Positions 1 through 7,071 of a stretch of 20,095 bases of DNA are shown here, piece after piece. The notes under the pieces were generated by a model. It was not told the DNA's origin. It made no database searches and saw nothing but the letters and a program-made list of their open reading frames with translations. This DNA comes from a bacterium (GTDB taxonomy: Bacteria; Bacillota; Clostridia; TANB77; RGIG9151): the NCBI GenBank assembly GCA_963635575.1, contig CAVHFU010000026.1, forward strand, positions 1 through 20,095, written 5' to 3'. Numbering within the stretch: the first letter of the stretch is position 1; every line of letters starts with the position of its first letter. The translations under genes and the position numbers were made by a program.

Positions 1-2
1 AT

Positions 3-314
3 AATGGAAATAGTTTGAAATTTAAAAATATTTATTATCAACCTTATGAAAATGGACAACTAAAATGTTTTAAACCTCATACTAAAGCACTTGTAATTAA
101 AGCATTTAATGGAGAATTGTTTGTTACTATTGATGAAAAGATTTACGAACTTAGAAAGCTTGAGAGCCATAAAAAATATTCAGAAGAATTTAATGAAATA
201 CCAGAAATTAAAGAGGAAAAGCCTAAATATGTTCCACCTATGAGCCATCCTTGGAAATTAGCATCGTTTATGTTACAAGTTAGAAAATCTCATAATGAAC
301 ATATTTATGCTTAA
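3..314 (+). CDS. Hypothetical small protein, probably 5'-partial at the window edge
   Basis: The frame is open from position 3 to TAA at 312-314. The ORF track starts it at TTG 15, but no Shine-Dalgarno precedes that codon, so the gene may continue upstream of the window. No family recognised. A hairpin terminator follows at 326-346. Confidence 0.45.
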   Translation, partial: NGNSLKFKNIYYQPYENGQLKCFKPHTKALVIKAFNGELFVTIDEKIYELRKLESHKKYSEEFNEIPEIKEEKPKYVPPMSHPWKLASFMLQVRKSHNEHIYA

Positions 315-325
315 AATAAAACAAA

Positions 326-346
326 AACGGGATAAATTTTCCCGTT
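326..346. terminator. Bidirectional rho-independent terminator between convergent genes
   Basis: Perfect 7-bp stem AACGGGA (326-332) / TCCCGTT (340-346) with a 7-nt loop. On the minus strand it is followed directly by TTTGTTTTATTTT (complement of 313-325), a strong U-tract. On the plus strand it is followed by AATGTTTAAATTTTTTT. Confidence 0.75.
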
Positions 347-519
347 AATGTTTAAATTTTTTTAGGACATTTTCAAAAATTATTGACAGACTTTGAAAAA
401 TGCCATAAGTCAACCAAATTTCATTGACCAATTGGGACAGGTCTAAAGCAGAGAAGTCGTGTAATTAACTTGTGACGCCAACTACACGACTTGATTTGAC
501 TGACCAAAAAGAACCGTCC

Positions 520-1200
520 CTAATGGTCACCCAAAATTCCTTTTATAAAGCTTATTCTATGTATCGGGCAAGGGCCATATTTTTTCAAAGCTTCTACATG
601 TTCGGCTGTTCCATATCCTTTATTTTTGGCAAACCCATACTCAGGATATATTTCATCATATGCCATCATCATTCTATCCCTTGTAACCTTAGCAACAATA
701 GAAGCTGCCGCAACTGATATGCTAAAAGCGTCCCCTTTTATTATTGGTGTTATTGGTATTTCTATACCTAAATTTACAGCGTCTATTAATAAGTGTTCTG
801 GGTAAACAGATAAATTGTGTACACTTTCAATCATTGCTCTTTTAGTTGCATTTAATATATTTATGTCATCTATTACTTTCTCACTCGACATTCCGATGCC
901 ATAAGCTACACAATTGTTGGTAATAACGTCATAAAGTTTTTCTCTTTTCTTCTCTGAAACTTTTTTAGAGTCATTAACGCCTTCAATTAACACATCAGGT
1001 TTTAATATAACTGCACAAGTTACAACAGGACCTGCAAGTGGTCCGCGTCCTACTTCATCAATTCCGGCAATATACTTTATTCCTTTTTCATATAAAGGTC
1101 TTTCAAACTGTTGCATTTTTATTAAACGTTCTTTTTCAGATTCAATTTTGCGAATTCTGGCATCAGTCATCTTTTTAGCTTCTATTTCTATAAATTCCAT
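520..1200 (-). CDS. rnhB: Ribonuclease HII
   Basis: 226 aa with the RNase HII active-site block GIDEVGRGPLAGPVV and a DSK motif. SD GGAAGGGA lies upstream of ATG 1200. It has the classic rbgA-rnhB neighbourhood. Stop is TAG at 520-522. Confidence 0.93.
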   Translation of the reverse strand: MEFIEIEAKKMTDARIRKIESEKERLIKMQQFERPLYEKGIKYIAGIDEVGRGPLAGPVVTCAVILKPDVLIEGVNDSKKVSEKKREKLYDVITNNCVAYGIGMSSEKVIDDINILNATKRAMIESVHNLSVYPEHLLIDAVNLGIEIPITPIIKGDAFSISVAAASIVAKVTRDRMMMAYDEIYPEYGFAKNKGYGTAEHVEALKKYGPCPIHRISFIKGILGDH

Positions 1201-1214
1201 ATATTTTTCCCTTC

Positions 1215-2081
1215 CTACATTGGTCTTTCAAGTGATATCTTGCCTATAACATTTTTTCTAAACTCATCCATTATGATATTGGCTGTTTTTGTATAATCAA
1301 TTTCACCACCGGAAATTTTACATCCTCGTTTATTTCCGATTTCCTCCATAACTTCTAAGTCAGTCTTTCCTTCAATATCAGAAAGTTTATATCTTTCACA
1401 TAGTTCCTTTAAGTAATTAACTCTTAACTTACCTATCAACTTCAATGCAAGTTCGGCATTATCCAAAATCTCATACTTTATAGCCCCTGTAAATGCTAAA
1501 TTTAGACCTATTTCTTCATTTTCAAATTTAGGCCAAAGTATGCCGGGAGTGTCCATAAGTTCAACTCCCGAATTCGTTCTTATCCATTGACGCGTTCTGG
1601 TTACTCCCGGTTTATTTCCTACCGCAGCTGTATTTCTATTAGCCACTTTATTTATGAAAGAAGACTTACCTGCATTGGGAATTCCTATAACTGCTACTCT
1701 TACACTTCTTCCTATTCTTCCTCTTTCATTACTCTTTTCTAGCTTGTCCTTAACTAAATTAGAAGCTCTTGCTAGTAGCTCTTTTATTCCCGCACCGGTT
1801 ATTGAGTTAATTAAAACAGCTTCTATTCCGTTCCCATTATAGTACTTAATCCATTCTTTATTTATAGTAGGGTCTGCAAGGTCAAACTTATTTAATGCTA
1901 TTATTCTAGGTTTAGTTCCAACAAGCTCCTCAAAATCTGGATTTCTACTACTTCGAGGTATTCTCGCATCTACAATTTCAATAACCACATCTACAAGTTT
2001 TAAATTTTCTTTTATTTCTCTTTTTGCTTTCACCATATGCCCTGGGAACCAGTTGATATTTGTTTTATTTTCATTATTCAT
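1215..2081 (-). CDS. rbgA: Ribosome biogenesis GTPase A (YlqF/RbgA, circularly permuted GTPase)
   Basis: N-terminal signature INWFPGHMVKAKREIKE..VDVVIEIVDARIP, NKFDL (G4) ahead of GIPNAGKSS (G1), and DTPGILWP. The ORF track starts at GTG 2090. ATG 2081 is preferred because AAAGGTG lies 6 nt upstream. Confidence 0.92.
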   Translation of the reverse strand: MNNENKTNINWFPGHMVKAKREIKENLKLVDVVIEIVDARIPRSSRNPDFEELVGTKPRIIALNKFDLADPTINKEWIKYYNGNGIEAVLINSITGAGIKELLARASNLVKDKLEKSNERGRIGRSVRVAVIGIPNAGKSSFINKVANRNTAAVGNKPGVTRTRQWIRTNSGVELMDTPGILWPKFENEEIGLNLAFTGAIKYEILDNAELALKLIGKLRVNYLKELCERYKLSDIEGKTDLEVMEEIGNKRGCKISGGEIDYTKTANIIMDEFRKNVIGKISLERPM

Positions 2082-3089
2082 TGTTTTCACCTTTTTCTAT
2101 GTCTAAATATAAATTTATTTCCTCTTCTGTTGGTAATTTATCTAGTAATTCTTTCGGTAATTGTTCTTTTAATTCATAAGTCGAAACACCAATAGGAACA
2201 TTTGTGGATTTTAAAGACCAATCTACCGTTACTCTATTTTTTCCTCTACATAATAATAAGCCAATCGTAGGTGTATCACATTCTTTTTTTATTGTTTCAT
2301 TAACTGCTGTTACATAAAATCCTAATTGTCCTATATATTCTGGTTTAAATTCACTTGCTTTTAATTCGACAACTACATAACACCTAAGTTCCAAATGATA
2401 AAATAGCAAATCAATATAATAATCTTGATTATCAACTGAAATTTTGTATTGATTACCGACAAATCTAAAGCCTTTTCCTAATTCTAGCAATACATTTCTT
2501 ATTTTAGTTATTAAAGCTGTTTCCAATTCTTTTTCTTTATATTCTTCTTTTAATGTAATAAAATCAAAAATATATGGATCTTTTATGGTATTATTCACTA
2601 AATCACTATCTTTTGGAGGTAACATTGCATTAAAATTATTGTTACTATTTCCTATTCTTTTATGAAATTCTGTTTCAATTTGAATAGCTAATATATTTCT
2701 ACTCCACCCATTTTTAATGGTATTTTCAGCGTATATTCGTCTAATATCTTTATTTTAATTTTTTCAATTAATAATAAATTATGTCCCCAAGGTAATTTGG
2801 CAACAAGTTGTTGCCACTTTTCATCATCAGCATATTCTTCATAAAATAATCTCATTGACCTTATGTTTCTTTCAGAAAAGCCCTTCATATTAGGAAAAGT
2901 TAATTTAAGTTCTGTTGACACTTGTTTCGCAAAATTATTTCCATATTGTTTGTTTTCTGAAACAATTTTTCCCAATTTAAAATACAACATAATTAAATTG
3001 CTATTGACTTCTTGCATAGTTTTAATTTGCGTATTTATAATTTCTTCTTTAATATTACTAATAATATCTTTAAAATTCTTTTCTAACAT
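2074..3089 (-). pseudogene. YhcG/DUF1016-family PD-(D/E)xK nuclease gene, split by a 1-nt frameshift into ORFs 2688-3089 and 2074-2625
   Basis: The N-terminal ORF (..SERNIRSMRLFY..LPWGHNLLLIEKIK) matches the DUF1016 N-domain. The C-terminal ORF carries the nuclease core (IDLLFYH..VVVELK). The bridge reads in the +1 frame as NKDIRRIYAENTIKNGWSRNILAIQIETEFHKRIG.., the conserved family linker. The frame change maps to the A4 run at 2753-2756 (T4 on plus). The restored product would be about 337 aa, typical of the family. Confidence 0.8.
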
Positions 3090-3122
3090 AATTCACATCC
3101 TTTCTATTGTTTTTCATATTTC

Positions 3123-3416
3123 TTATTCCTTATTTTCCTTTATATATTTAATCATAGGTACTAAATTGTCCTCTGTTACAAAATTTGCACCATTCTTAAA
3201 CATTTTTATCATTTCTTGATTTTCGGGCTTATTATCTTTCTCCATTGCGCTTCCTATAAGTTGCAATATTTTTCTTTTTATTCCCTTTAGCTTTGTATAA
3301 TCTAACCCGCCTTGCATATAAAATAATTCTTTATCTAATTTATTTGCTTCTTTTAAGCTCTTTGTATAACCATCATCCTTTGGGAAAACCCCGATATTCC
3401 AGCAACTGCAATGCAT
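3123..3416 (-). CDS. Hypothetical 97-aa protein (orphan, possibly a gene remnant)
   Basis: Open frame with ATG at 3416 and no recognised family. SD is poor: GAGG is only 2 nt from the ATG and AGAGGTGG is about 13 nt away. The frame stays open upstream to about 3476 without any ATG, GTG or TTG. Confidence 0.4.
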   Translation of the reverse strand: MHCSCWNIGVFPKDDGYTKSLKEANKLDKELFYMQGGLDYTKLKGIKRKILQLIGSAMEKDNKPENQEMIKMFKNGANFVTEDNLVPMIKYIKENKE

Positions 3417-3459
3417 AGCCTCATATTTACCACCTCTATGACAAGATAATTTTATTCTA

Positions 3460-4116
3460 CTAGTTTTCTTCCTTCGGTATCATATCTAATAAAGAATAGA
3501 AAAACATTAGTAAACAGCTTGATATAATTATGCCACCTATTATGTCAGTAAGCCAATGTACACCAGAAATTAGCCTTCCGACAACAGTTAGTGTAAGTGC
3601 AATAATTAATATGTAATTAATAAGTTTTGTCAATTTATTATGAAACTTTTTTTTATTCACTAAAACACCACTTCCGCAAATAAAAATCGCCATTAATGTA
3701 TGTGAAGATGGATAAGATGCTTCTAGTAGTCCGTCAATTAATGTTGGCCTATAATTAATAATTACTTTTTCAAAAAATACATATAAAGCCACTACTGCAA
3801 CATAAAATGCACCAAGTAGCATAATTTCTTTATCTACCTTTAAAAGGCTTTTCCTTTTTACTAATTGAACAAAGCCAATAATTGCAAATGCCATAACCGT
3901 TAAAACAGGAACTACTTCTAGATAATGTGTAATGTCGTACCACATCATATTTACGCCTGTTGTCTCAAACACAAGTTGATTAGATGTAGCAAACCCAATG
4001 TTTGTCCCATTTACACCTACTGCTTTTACATCTACTGTTTTAACTAAAATTGTAAAAACTATTGCCACTAAAAGCAATATACCACTAATAATAAAATTTT
4101 TTCTTTTGTTATCCAT
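3460..4116 (-). CDS. PAP2-superfamily membrane phosphatase (phosphatidic acid / undecaprenyl-PP phosphatase-like)
   Basis: 218 aa with several hydrophobic helices and the three PAP2 motifs: K..YRP, SYPSSHT and GRLISGVHWLTDIIGG (SRx5Hx3D-type). SD AAGGAG lies 8 nt upstream of ATG 4116. Confidence 0.82.
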   Translation of the reverse strand: MDNKRKNFIISGILLLVAIVFTILVKTVDVKAVGVNGTNIGFATSNQLVFETTGVNMMWYDITHYLEVVPVLTVMAFAIIGFVQLVKRKSLLKVDKEIMLLGAFYVAVVALYVFFEKVIINYRPTLIDGLLEASYPSSHTLMAIFICGSGVLVNKKKFHNKLTKLINYILIIALTLTVVGRLISGVHWLTDIIGGIIISSCLLMFFYSLLDMIPKEEN

Positions 4117-4184
4117 AACGAGCTCTCCTTAATTTTCTAGGTAATTAATCTTTTTACCTTGTTTAGTCGCATACTCTACTTTTT

Positions 4185-4430
4185 CTATTCACTGACACTT
4201 TTTATGTCCTGTAACTCGAATCTATATTTTTGTTTTACATTTGGATACTTTTCGTGATCCACTTCGGACGCAAACATATCGTATGGTCTTACATATAGCC
4301 CTGTGTCCCCATATAAAGCTCTATACACCACATATCTTTCTCTTGTTTCGCTATGTATAGCAATCCCCTCCACAATATACAAGTTTCCCTTAAAATGCTT
4401 ATAAATTGAATTAACTCTTATTTCATTCAT
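4185..4430 (-). CDS. DUF1653 domain-containing protein
   Basis: 81 aa matching the remembered DUF1653 consensus closely: [51 protein letters not shown]. Confidence 0.8.
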   Translation of the reverse strand: MNEIRVNSIYKHFKGNLYIVEGIAIHSETRERYVVYRALYGDTGLYVRPYDMFASEVDHEKYPNVKQKYRFELQDIKSVSE

Positions 4431-4458
4431 CTTTGTTCGCCCCTTAAATCCAAAATTC

Positions 4459-7050
4459 CTATAACTGTTCTTTTAACTTGTATAAAGTATTTAACGCATC
4501 TATCGGAGTAATTCCGTTTAAGTCTAATTTCTCCAATTCAGATGCAATCTTTGTACCTTTATAGTTGAACATATCTACTTGTCCCACAACAGCATTAGAC
4601 TTCTTTATATCTTTAGTATGCTTTTTACTTATATCCGCATCCTCTAATTGCTTTAATACTTCTTTAGCTCGATTCACAACAGCAAACGGAACACCGGCTA
4701 ACTTAGCAACATGAATACCATAGCTACCGTCAGCTCCTCCACGAATAATCTTTCTTAGGAAAATTACATCATCGCCCTTTTCCTTAACCGAAATGCAATA
4801 ATTTTTAACTCCTGTAATTTTATTCTCTAGTTCAGTAAGTTCGTGATAATGGGTAGCAAATAAAGTCCTAGACTTTAGCTTTTCACTTATATGTTCAACA
4901 ACAGACCAGGCGATGCTGAGTCCATCAAATGTACTTGTACCCCTACCTATTTCATCCAAAATAACTAAACTTCTGTTAGTAGCATTATTTAGGATATTAG
5001 CCACTTCTGTCATCTCTACCATAAAAGTAGATTGTCCCATAGCCAGATCATCTGATGCTCCAACCCTCGTAAAAATCCTATCCGCCACACCAATTTTCGC
5101 ATAACTTGCCGGAACGAAACTTCCTATCTGAGCAAGTAATACAATTAGTGCTACTTGACGCATATATGTAGATTTACCTGCCATATTAGGTCCGGTTAAT
5201 ATATCTATTTCATTTTCTTCAAAGTCCAAAAACGTATCGTTTGGGACAAATTCACCAGATGACAAGCATTTCTCTACAACAGGATGTCTGCCATCTTTAA
5301 TGTCAATTATGCCCGAATTATCTACAATAGGCTTCACATATCCATTTTTCTCAGCAGTTTCTGCTAGTGACACCAAAGTATCTGTCTGTGCAATAATAGA
5401 TGCAATTCTTTGTAACTTTTCAACCTGAGATGCAACATATTCTCTTACCTTGCAAAACAATTCATACTCCAGCACTATTATTTTTTCTTCTGCACCCAAA
5501 ATCGTTTCTTCAATTTCTTTTAATTCTTCGGTAATATATCTTTCTTTATCTGATAAAGTCTGTTTTCTTATATATGTAGGTGGAACTAAATCAAAATAAG
5601 ATTTTGTTACCTCTATATAGTACCCAAACACTTTATTAAAGCTAACTTTTAGGCTTTTAATACCTGTTTTTTCACGTTCTCTTGCCTCTATCTCAGCAAT
5701 TATAGACTTACCGTTAGTTCCGGCATATCTTAACTTGTCCACTTCATCGTTATAACCGGTCTTAATAATATTTCCGTCTTTTGTGCTAATCGGCGGTTCA
5801 TCAACAATAGCCTTGTCTATTATATCTACAACATCTTCTGCTAATTCCAAATTATCGTTTAGTTCATTTAATAGTTGATTATCAAATTGAGCCAAAATTT
5901 CTTTTACCTCAGGTAATTTCATTAATGAAAGCTTTAATGCAACTAAATCTCTGCCGTTTGCACTACCATATACAACACGTCCGCTAAGACGCTCTATATC
6001 ATAAATCTTATTTAATTTTTCAATTACATCAGACCTTAAAATAGGATTATTTTTAAGTACCTCAACCGCGCTATTTCTCTTATTAATTTTATTCACATCA
6101 ATAAGAGGTCTCTCTAGCCAACTATGTATCATTCTTGCTCCCATAGCCGTATTTGTATTATCAACTACCCACAGTAACGTACCCTTTCTGTTCTTTTCGC
6201 GCATTGTTTCGGTAATTTCCAAGTTACGTCTTGTAGACATATCTATGCTCATATACTTTTCTGACTCATATACATCTAAATTATTTATATGCTCCAAATT
6301 AGCCTTTTGGATTTCAGAAAGGTATCTAAGTAGCGCACCTGTTGAAATATATGCAAGTGAAAATCTTTCTTTATTTTCACTAAAATTCTCAATATGCTTT
6401 TTTATTAAAGTAATAGCCTCGCCCCTGTCAAAGAACTCATCTTCTGCCATAGAGATAAAACTGTTAAATCTCTTCCTAATTGAGCTTATTTCTGCTTCTT
6501 CATAAAATAGTGCTGAATTTACAACAATTTCAGATGGTTTTATTCTAGCTAGTTCATCAATCAAACTCATAAAGCTTCCGCCACCTAAAAACTCGGTGCA
6601 AGAAATCTCACCGGTGGTAACATCCGCACTTGCCAGACCAAAATTAATACCTAATTTATATATAGCACAAATGTAATTATTATTCTTTTCATCAAGCATT
6701 ATACTGTCTATAACTGTACCCGGTGTAACAACTCTTATTATGTCACGCTTAACCAGTCCTTTAGCAAGTCTCGGGTCTTCCATTTGTTCACAAATAGCGA
6801 CTTTATGTCCTTTTTTAACCAGTCTTGATATATATGTCTCCGCAGCATGATAAGGAACGCCACACATTGGTGCACGTTCCTCCTGTCCACAATCTTTTCC
6901 GGTTAGTGTAAGTTCGAGTTCTCGAGATGCCAAAATAGCATCATCGAAAAACATCTCATAGAAGTCTCCTACTCTAAAAAACATAATAGAATCTTTATTT
7001 TGTTCTTTCATCTCTAAATATTGCTTCATCATCGGTGTCATTTCTGCCAT
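4459..7050 (-). CDS. mutS: DNA mismatch repair protein MutS
   Basis: 863 aa. N-terminal mismatch-binding block [26 protein letters not shown], Walker [14 protein letters not shown], Walker [14 protein letters not shown] and FATHYHEL. Confidence 0.97.
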   Translation of the reverse strand: MAEMTPMMKQYLEMKEQNKDSIMFFRVGDFYEMFFDDAILASRELELTLTGKDCGQEERAPMCGVPYHAAETYISRLVKKGHKVAICEQMEDPRLAKGLVKRDIIRVVTPGTVIDSIMLDEKNNNYICAIYKLGINFGLASADVTTGEISCTEFLGGGSFMSLIDELARIKPSEIVVNSALFYEEAEISSIRKRFNSFISMAEDEFFDRGEAITLIKKHIENFSENKERFSLAYISTGALLRYLSEIQKANLEHINNLDVYESEKYMSIDMSTRRNLEITETMREKNRKGTLLWVVDNTNTAMGARMIHSWLERPLIDVNKINKRNSAVEVLKNNPILRSDVIEKLNKIYDIERLSGRVVYGSANGRDLVALKLSLMKLPEVKEILAQFDNQLLNELNDNLELAEDVVDIIDKAIVDEPPISTKDGNIIKTGYNDEVDKLRYAGTNGKSIIAEIEAREREKTGIKSLKVSFNKVFGYYIEVTKSYFDLVPPTYIRKQTLSDKERYITEELKEIEETILGAEEKIIVLEYELFCKVREYVASQVEKLQRIASIIAQTDTLVSLAETAEKNGYVKPIVDNSGIIDIKDGRHPVVEKCLSSGEFVPNDTFLDFEENEIDILTGPNMAGKSTYMRQVALIVLLAQIGSFVPASYAKIGVADRIFTRVGASDDLAMGQSTFMVEMTEVANILNNATNRSLVILDEIGRGTSTFDGLSIAWSVVEHISEKLKSRTLFATHYHELTELENKITGVKNYCISVKEKGDDVIFLRKIIRGGADGSYGIHVAKLAGVPFAVVNRAKEVLKQLEDADISKKHTKDIKKSNAVVGQVDMFNYKGTKIASELEKLDLNGITPIDALNTLYKLKEQL

Positions 7051-7071
7051 TTTTTCTATTCTCCTTCTAGC

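Noticed and set aside
383-388. Perfect TTGACA, plus TTGACC at 424-429, as -35 boxes of a plus-strand promoter in the spacer.
   Set aside because: No acceptable -10 hexamer lies 16-18 nt downstream of either (TAAGTC and AGCAGA), and no downstream plus-strand gene exists.
434-460. CAGGTC..AAGCAG resemblance to the SRP RNA domain IV consensus.
   Set aside because: Only two short words match. The GGAA/GNAR tetraloop and the symmetric and asymmetric loop context are absent. Probably coincidence.
472-717. 81-aa plus-strand ORF spanning the structured spacer and the 3' end of rnhB.
   Set aside because: It has a GTG start with no SD and is mostly antisense to the conserved rnhB C-terminus. The composition is that of a shadow ORF.
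2082-2090. GTG 2090 as the rbgA start.
   Set aside because: It remains possible, but ATG 2081 has AAAGGTG at ideal spacing, whereas no SD precedes the GTG. The difference is 3 codons.
2745-2765. Programmed ribosomal frameshift as the explanation for the split nuclease gene.
   Set aside because: There is no recognisable slippery heptamer plus downstream stimulatory structure, and the site is just an A4 run. Mutation or sequencing error is more parsimonious. The possibility is kept as a minor alternative in the finding.
4139-4159. AGGTAA/TTACCT 6-bp hairpin between the DUF1653 and PAP2 genes, as a terminator.
   Set aside because: The stem is short and AT-rich, and no U-tract follows on the minus strand. 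It is immediately followed by the PAP2 SD.
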